Assembly: GCF_000981785.2 (NCBI RefSeq)
Contig: NZ_CP011304.1
Span: 1,980,001-2,012,000, forward strand
Direction of reading: 5' to 3'
Length of the DNA: 32,000 nt
DNA from: Microcystis aeruginosa NIES-2549
GTDB taxonomy: Bacteria > Cyanobacteriota > Cyanobacteriia > Cyanobacteriales > Microcystaceae
Below the pieces are notes generated by a model that was given only the letters and a program-made list of their open reading frames with translations, was not told the DNA's origin and made no database searches. Of this stretch, positions 15,052 through 23,714 are shown piece after piece (the first letter of the stretch is position 1; each line of letters starts with the position of its first letter). The translations under genes and the position numbers were made by a program.

Positions 15052-15201
15052 ATGAATATCAAGGATACGTTACACAATTTTGTCCAGTACCTAACAGAGG
15101 CTTTCGCTCGCATTTTTAGTCCCAGCAATGATGAATATCCCGATGTGGGGATGCAGCCTTTTGATTCTGAACCTTACCATGCTCCCAAGGGTAATTCTTA
15201 A
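15052..15201 (+). CDS. Candidate 49-aa small protein (MNIKDTLHNFVQYLTEAFARIFSPSNDEYPDVGMQPFDSEPYHAPKGNS)
   Basis: This ATG ORF is below the track size cut-off and lies downstream of the duplicated promoter. Its first 15 codons are also present in repeat copy 1 (12503-), where the frame is cut by the repeat junction. Confidence 0.3.
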   Translation: MNIKDTLHNFVQYLTEAFARIFSPSNDEYPDVGMQPFDSEPYHAPKGNS

Positions 15202-15280
15202 CTAAAAATGACGGGTAATTGCTTTGAGATAAAAGCTATGGGTAGGGATAATAACCCTACCTGATTTTATAGAAAAATAA

Positions 15281-15661
15281 CTAATTCTCTGCTTGCCAAT
15301 CAGGACAACTATCACTATCCCAACCGTAGGGATGGAAACCGCAGACGAGAAGATTACCTCCGTAGATATAACCGTGATAATTACGGCAACCGATACAAGC
15401 AGGATGGGTGTTAGGATCGGGGTTAACCTTAGGAGTGAGGGTAAAATCCGAGGGTTCATCTGATTCCGAAAAGGGGTATTCATCGAGGTTAAAAAATTCT
15501 TCTAATTCCTGGGGTAAAACCTCTTGAATAAACTGTTCCAGATCGATGATAATCTCCTCATTAATTTCTTCGATAGTTTGGGCTACTTCTTGGAAAAAAG
15601 TTTCAATTCCCACCGCCACAGTTTCGATCACTTCCCAAAAATCTTTCTGCCAATCGTCCAT
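15281..15661 (-). CDS. Hypothetical acidic protein with a C-terminal Cys/His cluster
   Basis: This 126-aa ATG ORF has a very acidic N-terminal two-thirds. The C-terminus reads HPACIGCRNYHGYIYGGNLLVCGFHPYGWDSDSCPDW. I chose it over the overlapping ORF 15202-15483. Confidence 0.55.
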   Translation of the reverse strand: MDDWQKDFWEVIETVAVGIETFFQEVAQTIEEINEEIIIDLEQFIQEVLPQELEEFFNLDEYPFSESDEPSDFTLTPKVNPDPNTHPACIGCRNYHGYIYGGNLLVCGFHPYGWDSDSCPDWQAEN

Positions 15662-15720
15662 GTTTATACTTGCATCCCTTGTCTGGTAATAATTAATTAT
15701 TTGTTGCTAAAATCTAGGTT

Positions 15721-16086
15721 TTAATCCCGTTGCAGTTTCCGTAATTCTTCCTGAAGACGTTCCACCTGTTGCCGCAATTCATCTACTTTTGGATTGGCTG
15801 CCTTGGTGTCTTCCTCATCTTCAATGATTTCTATCCGTCGGGGTTCATGGGGAATATTAGATTCGTTACCTTCTACCGTTTGCTGTTGTGCCTGTTTCAC
15901 CAACTCATCAACGTATTTGCGCGCTTCTTCCGCGTTTATTTCGCCGCGAGCAATCATCTCATCGGCTAATTTTTGGGCTTGATTTCTTAATTCTTGTAAA
16001 TTTACTTCAGCTTTTTCGGCGGCATAAGTAGCAATGCCTACACCCAAATAAACTGCTTTTTTGACTAAATCACCTAAGTTGGCCAT
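15721..16086 (-). CDS. Phasin-like coiled-coil protein (PHA-granule-associated protein family candidate)
   Basis: MANLGDLVKKAVYLGVGIATYAAEKA...ADEMIARGEI..EEARKYVDELV resembles the phasin family N-terminal pattern. I prefer the ATG at 16086 over the TTG at 16143. Confidence 0.5.
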   Translation of the reverse strand: MANLGDLVKKAVYLGVGIATYAAEKAEVNLQELRNQAQKLADEMIARGEINAEEARKYVDELVKQAQQQTVEGNESNIPHEPRRIEIIEDEEDTKAANPKVDELRQQVERLQEELRKLQRD

Positions 16087-16164
16087 AGCAAAAATCCTGA
16101 ATTGATCGCTCTTACCTACTAGAATAAACGATCCTTCTCCCAAATGGAGATGGGTTTTGAGAGT

Positions 16165-16192
16165 CAGTGAACAGTGAACAGTAATCGGTGAA
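16165..16192 (+). repeat. Degenerate heptamer tandem repeat (CAGTGAA)n, STRR-like
   Basis: cagtgaa cagtgaa cagtaat cggtgaa. A further cagtgaa plus ctgataactgat lies at 16221-16239. Confidence 0.8.
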
Positions 16193-16517
16193 CGCTTGCA
16201 CCTCTATCCAAGAGAGCCATCAGTGAACTGATAACTGATGAGGTAAAGTTTTGTAAATAGATGCGGTGGTGGCGACGGCAAAATTGATCGCTATAAAGAT
16301 GAAATTTTAGTCAAATTGCTGGTTTTTCGCCTTAAAAACGACGATAGAGCCTCATTAGGTCATTTTTAACCTAAATAGTGTGATTAAGCTCAAAATGACT
16401 AAATATTGCCGATAGCTGCCAGCAGCCCGCAGCTGGCTGAATTGATTTGTGTTCATCCTAACCAAAGATTTAAACTAAAGAATCGAGACCAGATTCCCGA
16501 TTTAATCACAAAAAACT

Positions 16518-17504
16518 ATGTTTCCTATTCATCGCCCCCGTCGTCTGCGTCAAACCCCTCAAATGCGCCGTCTGGTGAGTGAAACCGTCTTGACAGCCAA
16601 TGACTTTATCTATCCCCTTTTCGCCACGACGGGGGAAGGTATCGCTCAGGAAGTGAAATCGATGCCGGGGGTGTACCAATTATCAATCGATAAAATTGTT
16701 AACGAAGCCAAGGAAGTGCGTGATTTAGGAATCCCAGCGATTATTTTATTCGGGCTGCCAGAAAGTAAAGACACAGAGGCGACGGGAGCGTGGCACGATC
16801 ATGGTATTGTGCAAAAAGCGGCCACAGCAATTAAAGAGGCAGTTCCCGATCTACTCATTGTCGCCGATACTTGTTTGTGTGAATATACCAACCACGGTCA
16901 TTGTGGTTATCTGCAAACGGGAGATTTAACCGGCAGGGTGTTAAACGATCCCACTCTGGAATTATTGCAAAAAACCGCCGTTTCCCAGGTAAAAGCAGGA
17001 GTGGATATCATTGCACCTTCGGGAATGATGGATGGTTTTGTGCAGGCAATTCGTCAAGGATTGGATGAGGCGGGTTATAGTGATACACCGATTCTTTCCT
17101 ATACGGCTAAATATGCCTCTGCCTATTATGGTCCGTTTCGGGATGCGGCGGATTCTACCCCCCAATTTGGCGATCGCAGAACCTACCAAATGGATCCGGG
17201 TAATGCCAGGGAAGCTTTAAAAGAGGTGGAATTAGATGTATTAGAGGGAGCAGATATGTTAATGGTTAAACCTGCTCTATCTTATATGGATATTATCTGG
17301 AGAATCAAGGAAATGACTAATTTACCCGTGGCTGCCTACAATGTATCGGGGGAATATTCAATGATTAAAGCGGCGGCGTTAAATGGCTGGATTGACGAAA
17401 AACGGGTGACTTTAGAGACTTTAACCAGCTTTAAACGGGCGGGGGCTGATATTATCTTAACCTACCACGCTAAGGATGCCGTGCGCTGGTTAGCAGAGGG
17501 TTAA
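16518..17504 (+). CDS. hemB: Porphobilinogen synthase (delta-aminolevulinic acid dehydratase)
   Basis: RPRRLR near the N-terminus, the [14 protein letters not shown] metal-site region, MVKPA (active-site Lys) and YNVSGEY blocks are all characteristic of HemB. Confidence 0.95.
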   Translation: MFPIHRPRRLRQTPQMRRLVSETVLTANDFIYPLFATTGEGIAQEVKSMPGVYQLSIDKIVNEAKEVRDLGIPAIILFGLPESKDTEATGAWHDHGIVQKAATAIKEAVPDLLIVADTCLCEYTNHGHCGYLQTGDLTGRVLNDPTLELLQKTAVSQVKAGVDIIAPSGMMDGFVQAIRQGLDEAGYSDTPILSYTAKYASAYYGPFRDAADSTPQFGDRRTYQMDPGNAREALKEVELDVLEGADMLMVKPALSYMDIIWRIKEMTNLPVAAYNVSGEYSMIKAAALNGWIDEKRVTLETLTSFKRAGADIILTYHAKDAVRWLAEG

Positions 17505-17735
17505 ACTTGTTGATTGAACCCACCATGCTGATTATCGGTTAAACGGCGAAGCATCGGACCTACCATGACAATATAAACGACTCTCTCATGATTCTCTGGC
17601 AATTCCTCATAATTCCCACATAATCCTCTAGATTTATCAACCCAGACCAAGTTCTCTCTATTATCCATCGCCGGGCTGCATTGGTGATGGTGAGATAGGA
17701 AGTTTTCCTTTTGGGTGGCCAGTCGTCAATAGCAA
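17502..17735 (-). pseudogene. C-terminal remnant of an IS5-family (DDE) transposase, frameshifted
   Basis: My minus-strand translation gives ...RRWIIERTWSGL...EDY... followed, after a frameshift, by YIVMVGPMLRRLT. This resembles the RWVVERTFAWL...DYE...MIRLMLRRL C-terminus of IS5-group transposases. There are internal stops and no N-terminal part. Confidence 0.45.
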
Positions 17736-17741
17736 CTTAGG

Positions 17742-19859
17742 TTATACTTCATCTTGAGGAGAAATGCTGTAATTATATTCTTTTGCCGCTTGTACTAAGG
17801 ATAAAAGTTGTCCGGTTTGATCGGTTCCCGATACTCCTAAATCACTGTGACAGAGGATAACTTTTTCGCTTACCCTTGCTAACAAATCCCTTAAAACTCT
17901 CTGTAAACGGTCCTGATTTTCCTCTAATTCTGCTTCTGTTGTCCAGGGTTGATAGGGACTTTTTAGCCAAAAAATTGGCGCAGCAAAAAGAGTAGCAGCA
18001 CCTCCTTGTTCCCAGAGTGGAGAAGAACAATCTAGCCAAAAATGCCAACGATGACTAGAACGAAAAGAACGATATTGAAAGATATTGCCTAGGGTGACTG
18101 CTGAGGAAGATTTAATAAATTGTCGCACAGGATAGGGATTAGCAGTAATTGTACCACGGCGCAAAAGTTGGATAAACTGACTAATAGTTTCGCTGGGACT
18201 TTGAAAAGAGGGTTCACTCTCACGCAAACGCCGATCGATCTCCCAAAAATGTTGGGCAGTTTCCATTAATTCTCGCAAAGCTGCCAAGTGATCGAAGGGC
18301 AAATTTTCCCCATCGTTTAATAATTGTTCGATCGCTTGATTTAAGACAAAAATCGGGAAAAGTTTGGCTTCTTGCTGCCGTTTTTTCATCCCTTCGATCC
18401 AGTGACAAATTCTTTCGTAGGCAGTACAAGCTTTTTGTCCTAAGCGATCCCAACGGGGAAAAGTTTCGATCGCTAATAAACGAGGATTTTCTGGATGCAC
18501 TTGATAACAATGATCGGCAATTAATCCGGCGCGAACTGGATCGATATCGGGAATTAAATTTTGTTCTTCATCCCAGCGATAACGGCTAAAAATCACCAGC
18601 ATTTCCGCTATGGCCTCTTGGGGGGCTAAACGCCCCAAATTTTCATAAACAAGGGCGAGAAGGGTCAATAATGCCCGAATCAGAGGACAACTGATCAGGG
18701 GTCGTTGTTCGTTCAGGGGTTGAACGGCTATCCCGGCACCGGTTAAAATTTCCATCAGGCTATAACGGGCGATTTCGTCTAAACCGGGGGCAATAACGGC
18801 GATTTCTTCGGCTTTTACTGCTCCTTGATTGACTGCTTGAATAATAGCTGTGGCTGTCTTCCGCAACAATTCAGCGCGAGAGGTGGTTTGCAGGGAGATG
18901 AATTGATCGGGAAGATTGCCAAGATAGTTACCGTCGCTGATTAAGGAGAGAATCGTCTCGCTAAACTGAGCCGCTAACCCGTTAGTGGTAGATAATGGCA
19001 TAGTTTGACAGCGTGCCGCTAATTTTTGTAGATAATCGGGATCGGCAGTTAATCCTAAGCGGATTTTTCCCTGGGGATTGTAGGTAAAAACGCTAAAACA
19101 GTCATGATCGAGGAAAAAACTGAGTAAATCCTTGGCAATAGCCGGATAATCGTCCACATCGTCCGCAAAAACTGCCCGGAAGCGTTTTAATAGTTGCTGT
19201 TGATAACGACTATCAGGGAATAAATAGCGCCAATAGAGTTCGTAGATGATACCATAACTTAATAAACCACGTTCTAGAGACCAATCACGCCATTGAATGA
19301 TTAATTCTCCCACTTTTTCTGGTGTTTCCTGCTCATTAATCGCTAAAACTCGTTTTAAATCTGTTTCTGATAATCCGTCGGCTAATCTTTCGGGTATCTT
19401 TTCTGCGGGAACACCACTAGCGCCGGCTAATTGTAACAGATCGAGAACTTGACGGACGAAACGATATTCATTTATGCTAGTAAGCTGGAATAATTTAGCG
19501 ATCGCTGGTTGCCAGAGACGGGTGGCGAGTTCCTGCTCCGTTTCTGGGCGTAATCGGCGGGGAAATTGCGCTTTTAGCCCCAAAAACTCGAAAATTAACG
19601 GCCAAAACAGGATGACTTCATCGGTGAGAAAACCTAAAGGGGTTTTGCAGAGAATCGGATGGCTACCCTTAACAGCAAGGGCTAATCGATCGGCTAATTC
19701 CCCTTTATTATCATCGTTGGCAGCGAAAACTAAGATCGATCGAGGAAGGGGCGATGATTTCAGTTGATCGCGAGACACCCAGCGCTGAAATTCCCTGACT
19801 AAAGCGGTGGTTTTTCCTGATCGCGTGCCACCTTCGATCCAAATTGGTATGATTGACAT
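17742..19859 (-). CDS. UvrD/REP-like superfamily-1 helicase-related P-loop protein (705 aa, degenerate motifs)
   Basis: The N-terminal GGTRSGKTTAL is a Walker A. LVFAANDDNKGELADRL resembles UvrD motif Ia, and the C-terminal RVLRDLLARVSEKVILCH resembles motif VI. Confidence 0.55.
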   Translation of the reverse strand: MSIIPIWIEGGTRSGKTTALVREFQRWVSRDQLKSSPLPRSILVFAANDDNKGELADRLALAVKGSHPILCKTPLGFLTDEVILFWPLIFEFLGLKAQFPRRLRPETEQELATRLWQPAIAKLFQLTSINEYRFVRQVLDLLQLAGASGVPAEKIPERLADGLSETDLKRVLAINEQETPEKVGELIIQWRDWSLERGLLSYGIIYELYWRYLFPDSRYQQQLLKRFRAVFADDVDDYPAIAKDLLSFFLDHDCFSVFTYNPQGKIRLGLTADPDYLQKLAARCQTMPLSTTNGLAAQFSETILSLISDGNYLGNLPDQFISLQTTSRAELLRKTATAIIQAVNQGAVKAEEIAVIAPGLDEIARYSLMEILTGAGIAVQPLNEQRPLISCPLIRALLTLLALVYENLGRLAPQEAIAEMLVIFSRYRWDEEQNLIPDIDPVRAGLIADHCYQVHPENPRLLAIETFPRWDRLGQKACTAYERICHWIEGMKKRQQEAKLFPIFVLNQAIEQLLNDGENLPFDHLAALRELMETAQHFWEIDRRLRESEPSFQSPSETISQFIQLLRRGTITANPYPVRQFIKSSSAVTLGNIFQYRSFRSSHRWHFWLDCSSPLWEQGGAATLFAAPIFWLKSPYQPWTTEAELEENQDRLQRVLRDLLARVSEKVILCHSDLGVSGTDQTGQLLSLVQAAKEYNYSISPQDEV

Positions 19860-19935
19860 CGTTTTTTCTCGATTGTATTTGTTAAGATGACTGATCGGTA
19901 CTCTAGCTTTTTCCTTGTGGAAGTAATTGTTTTCT

Positions 19936-21273
19936 ATGAATCTTAATCGGATTTTACAAGGTGTTAATCAATGGTTATTACAAACTCCTGAACGTTCTTT
20001 AGATGAGGCGTATCATGCAGCTTTGAAGATTAAGGAGATAGAAGACAAGCATTTTCAAGGGCGAAAAGTGGCCAATGGGTTCTCGAATTATGGCAGCAGC
20101 ACTAATTCCTATTTTATCTCAGAAGTTAAAGGTTATCTGCAAAAAATTAAAGTCAGATTGACGGAGTTTAAAGCTAGTCGCTCGATCGTTAATACCTTTG
20201 GACCAAATCAACCGACAATTAATAATGGGGTGATTACTGTCACCACAGATGTTTGTCTGAAAAAACTTCAGTTTATCGATAGTGTTATCGGAAAATATCA
20301 AGATAATTATTGGCAAGAAGATATTCAAGATGTACCCAAAAGTCTCCAGAACCGAAATTTTGAGCAGGAAACATCTAAAAATAAAACTTCGAGAAATCGC
20401 TCTTTTTTAGCGGCCGGTAGTCCTGAAGAGGAGGAAATAATCAAAAGTAATAAATCCCAAAAAGCTACGGAAAAACCGGGGGTTTTACCCCGTTCTTTTG
20501 TCAATACTTTTAATCGCATTAAACAGGAAATCGATCCGCAAGCGGAGGAATCGGAGGAGGCAGTTTTAAAGAAATTTCGCAACTCTCGTTATAAAACCGC
20601 CATTTCTCTCAAGTTTATTTTACTGTTAATTATTGTTCCTTTATTAACCCAACAATTAACCAAAACTTTCCTGATTACCCCCTTGGTTAATAAATATTTC
20701 CAACAACAGGAACAGTTTATTTTTATCAATCAGGATTTAGAAGAAGAGGCTTTTTCGGAATTGAGAAGATTTGAGGAAGCTTTACATTTTCGAGGTATGA
20801 TTGGTTTAGCACCCAAATTATCTAACGAAGAAATCGAGGGAGAAATTACTAAAAAAGCGGCGGTACTAAGTGAAGAATTTCGCCAACGAGGTTTAAATGC
20901 GATCGCTAATATTTTCGCCGATATTTGTTCCTTGATTGCCTTTGGTTTTGTTGTCGCTTTTAGTCGTCGAGAAATCGAGATTGTCAAGTCTTTTCTCGAT
21001 GGCATTCTCTATAATCTTAGCGATTCAGCTAAGGCTTTTTTAATTATTCTCTTTACCGATATATTTGTCGGTTTCCACTCTCCCCACGGTTGGGAAGTGA
21101 TCCTAGAAGGGTTAAGTCGTCATTTCGGTTTACCGGAAAATCGCGAGTTTAATTTTCTCTTTATCGCCACTTTTCCCGTGATCTTGGATACAGTCTTAAA
21201 ATATTGGATTTTCCGTTATCTCAATCGCATTTCTCCCTCGGCAGTGGCTACCTATCGTAATATGAATGAATAG
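19936..21273 (+). CDS. pxcA: Proton extrusion protein PxcA (CemA family)
   Basis: The C-terminal block FHSPHGWEVILEGLSRHFGLPENREFNFLFIATFPVILDTVLKYWIFRYLNRISPSAVATYRNMNE is the CemA/PxcA signature region. The start is uncertain (ATG 19936 or TTG 19927). Confidence 0.8.
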   Translation: MNLNRILQGVNQWLLQTPERSLDEAYHAALKIKEIEDKHFQGRKVANGFSNYGSSTNSYFISEVKGYLQKIKVRLTEFKASRSIVNTFGPNQPTINNGVITVTTDVCLKKLQFIDSVIGKYQDNYWQEDIQDVPKSLQNRNFEQETSKNKTSRNRSFLAAGSPEEEEIIKSNKSQKATEKPGVLPRSFVNTFNRIKQEIDPQAEESEEAVLKKFRNSRYKTAISLKFILLLIIVPLLTQQLTKTFLITPLVNKYFQQQEQFIFINQDLEEEAFSELRRFEEALHFRGMIGLAPKLSNEEIEGEITKKAAVLSEEFRQRGLNAIANIFADICSLIAFGFVVAFSRREIEIVKSFLDGILYNLSDSAKAFLIILFTDIFVGFHSPHGWEVILEGLSRHFGLPENREFNFLFIATFPVILDTVLKYWIFRYLNRISPSAVATYRNMNE

Positions 21274-21306
21274 GGTAAAATCGGGGATAAACTTGTTAAT
21301 TTACCC
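21273..21306. terminator. Candidate hairpin between convergent pxcA and the Rpn-like gene
   Basis: GGGTAAA (21273-21279) / TTTACCC (21300-21306) form a 7-bp stem with a 20-nt loop. The loop is long for an intrinsic terminator. Confidence 0.25.
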
Positions 21307-21308
21307 TT

Positions 21309-22103
21309 CTAATTTTGGGAGGATAATCTTGCCGCTGTCTCTTGTACTTTGGTAGATTCTAATTGCAAAGCAGTGGCAATCTGTTCTATACTTAAACCTA
21401 AAGCTAGTAAACCAGCGATCGCTTCAGTTTTAGCTTCTTCACGACCTTCTTGTTTAGCTTCTTGATAAAGTCGAGTTTGTCTGAGATCATCTAATCCGAA
21501 CATAGCTTCTAACTCCGTGCGACTAAGATTAGTAAATTTATAGGCTAAGGTTCTTTCAATTAATTCTATAACTTTTTGCTGGAAAACTAGATCATCAATT
21601 TCAGCGATCGCTTTTTCTAAAAGTGGTTTCCCTCGTTGCTGTGCTAATTGGGGTGTAGCGACGATTAACTGAATAATTCCTAAACCCAGAGACGGATCGA
21701 GATTATCGATTAATTCATCTAAATAAATACGTCTGATCTGTCCCGTTATCTCAAATCCCCGCAGTTGATAGGGAAAGTTATTATCGAGATCCCTGGAGGC
21801 AAATAAAGCGACAGCTATCCAATCCTGAACGGGTTTATACTGATTGAGATAGATGACAATTTCTGTTAAAAACCGCCAATAAAAATCACTTTTATCCTGA
21901 AATTGCACTTCAACAAAGTAAATAATTAGTTCCGGTGCTGCTGTGGTCGGTAAAAAAATACCGTCAAAACGACGCGCTAATTCTTTGATTTCTCGGGAGG
22001 AGAATTGATAATTTTCAGCTTTCTGGGTTGATTCTCCCAGTAATTCAAAAATTAACCCCGGAAAAGTTTGCAAGAGTTGATAAAAAATTGTATCGGTCTT
22101 CAC
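21309..22103 (-). CDS. Rpn-family recombination-promoting nuclease / DUF2887-type PD-(D/E)XK protein
   Basis: The N-terminal DTIFYQLLQTFPGLIFELLG, then RFDGIFLP...YFVEVQFQ, give a D...E-x-Q/K nuclease-like core. The helical tail is typical of cyanobacterial DUF2887/DUF4351 proteins. GTG start. Confidence 0.6.
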   Translation of the reverse strand: MKTDTIFYQLLQTFPGLIFELLGESTQKAENYQFSSREIKELARRFDGIFLPTTAAPELIIYFVEVQFQDKSDFYWRFLTEIVIYLNQYKPVQDWIAVALFASRDLDNNFPYQLRGFEITGQIRRIYLDELIDNLDPSLGLGIIQLIVATPQLAQQRGKPLLEKAIAEIDDLVFQQKVIELIERTLAYKFTNLSRTELEAMFGLDDLRQTRLYQEAKQEGREEAKTEAIAGLLALGLSIEQIATALQLESTKVQETAARLSSQN

Positions 22104-22139
22104 AAGCTTAAAACAATCTAGATATTTACTAACAATTAC

Positions 22140-23447
22140 TTACAAATCATCCAACAATAGCGTTACTAACACCTTATCGACGCGATTACCGTCCATATCC
22201 ACCACTTCCAAACGCAACCTTTGCCATTCAAAATGATCAGCAGCCCCCGGAATCCTGCCAAGATGGGTAATAATAAAACCCCCTAAAGTGTGATAATTGC
22301 CCTGTTTTTCCCCGGGTAATTCACTGATTTCAAATAATTCTTTAAAATCTTCGATCGCCACTGTGCCATCGATCAACCAAGAACCATCTTCCCGCTGCAC
22401 GATCTGAGCATCTTCAATATTATCTAATTGGGGTAAATCGCCGACAATTGCCTCTAAAATATCCTTGCGCGTCACCAATCCTTGAATCACCCCGTACTCA
22501 TCCACTACCAAGGCAATATGATGACCACTTTGCTGCACCAATTCTAAAACCTTTAAACCCCTAGTGCTTTCCGGCACAAAAAGCGGCTGTTGTAAATCCT
22601 TCGTTAGGTCGAAACTTTCACCGTTTAAACAATCCGCTAATAAGTCTGTGACTTCAATTACCCCCAAAACCTCATCTAAACTGCCCTGACAGACTGGAAA
22701 ACGGGTATGATTGCTCTCAATTAGCTTCTGGCGGTTAATTTCGGCACCATCTTCCAAATCTAGCCAAACAACATCCGGACGCGTGGTCATAATCTGACTT
22801 ACTCGGCGATCGCCCAATCCTAACACCCTTTCCACCATATCCTGTTCTGCTTCCTCAAAGGTTCCCGCTTCGGTTCCCTGTTTAAGCATAATTTTCAATT
22901 CTTCTTCCGTAATTGGGGAATCATTATTATCACCGCTAATCCCCAACAAACTGAGAATCAGATTAGTCGATTGACTCAAAAGATGGACAACGGGCGAAAC
23001 AATTTTTGATAAGCGATCAAGAGGACCGGCAACAAGGATAGCGATTTTTTCGGGATTACTTAAACCTAACCGTTTCGGCACTAATTCCCCCACCACCAGG
23101 GATAGATAGGTAATAATTAACACCACTAATCCTAATCCCAAAGCTTGATTGTAGGGGGCTAAAACAGGAACTTGCGCTAATAATTTCGCCACACTTGCCG
23201 ACAAATTCGCTCCTCCGTAGGCCCCGGCAAAGATTCCCACTAGGGTAATGCCAATCTGCACCGTAGATAAAATTTGATTGGGATCATTGGCCAATTTTAA
23301 GGCCACCGCCGCCCGTCGATCATCTCTGGCTAATTGTTCTAAACGGACTTTGCGGGCCGAGACAATGGCAATTTCCGAGAGGGCAAAGACTCCATTGAGG
23401 AGGATCAGGAAGAAGATAACAAGAATTTCGGTAGTCGCCGAGAACAT
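22140..23447 (-). CDS. CNNM/CorC-family transporter (hemolysin family: DUF21 + CBS pair + CorC_HlyC)
   Basis: The N-terminal 4-TM DUF21 domain carries a LSEIAIVSARK motif. A tandem CBS region (IMTTRPDVVWL..., HIALVVDEYGVIQGLVTRKDILEAIVGD) and a C-terminal transporter-associated domain (DGSWLIDG...) follow. Confidence 0.9.
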   Translation of the reverse strand: MFSATTEILVIFFLILLNGVFALSEIAIVSARKVRLEQLARDDRRAAVALKLANDPNQILSTVQIGITLVGIFAGAYGGANLSASVAKLLAQVPVLAPYNQALGLGLVVLIITYLSLVVGELVPKRLGLSNPEKIAILVAGPLDRLSKIVSPVVHLLSQSTNLILSLLGISGDNNDSPITEEELKIMLKQGTEAGTFEEAEQDMVERVLGLGDRRVSQIMTTRPDVVWLDLEDGAEINRQKLIESNHTRFPVCQGSLDEVLGVIEVTDLLADCLNGESFDLTKDLQQPLFVPESTRGLKVLELVQQSGHHIALVVDEYGVIQGLVTRKDILEAIVGDLPQLDNIEDAQIVQREDGSWLIDGTVAIEDFKELFEISELPGEKQGNYHTLGGFIITHLGRIPGAADHFEWQRLRLEVVDMDGNRVDKVLVTLLLDDL

Positions 23448-23714
23448 GGTTAAAAGTTACAGGTAAAAGGGCGGATAGTTGTTTGGATCATAGTGCGAGG
23501 ATCGGTTAAGTTCAGTAAAGAATCATCTTGATTTTTAACGAGTTACGAAGGCTTGTGTCTGGAGGGAGGTACTCCCAGTATAAATGGGATAGGATCAAGT
23601 CCGCACTCTTAGCTCAGTTAGCAGTGAACAGTCAAGAGTGACCTGTTGCCAGTCAAAAAAGTTGTCCCTGGGAGAGTGGGGACAAACCATCTCAATCTAT
23701 TCGCCTGAAAAATT

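Larger units (their letters stand above)
14653..15098 (+). repeat. Direct repeat copy 2
   Basis: See 12109-12549. Confidence 0.95.

Noticed and set aside
15202-15483. A 93-aa hydrophobic ORF overlapping 15281-15661 in another frame.
   Set aside because: It overlaps the longer ATG-initiated ORF, whose C-terminal Cys/His cluster looks like a real domain. The two ORFs are mutually exclusive on the same strand, and the hydrophobicity of this one probably comes from translating T-rich codons.
16087-16143. The TTG-initiated N-terminal extension (MGEGSFILVGKSDQFRIFA) of the phasin-like gene.
   Set aside because: The internal ATG at 16086 starts the conserved-looking MANLGDLVKK N-terminus, and the extension has no recognisable features.
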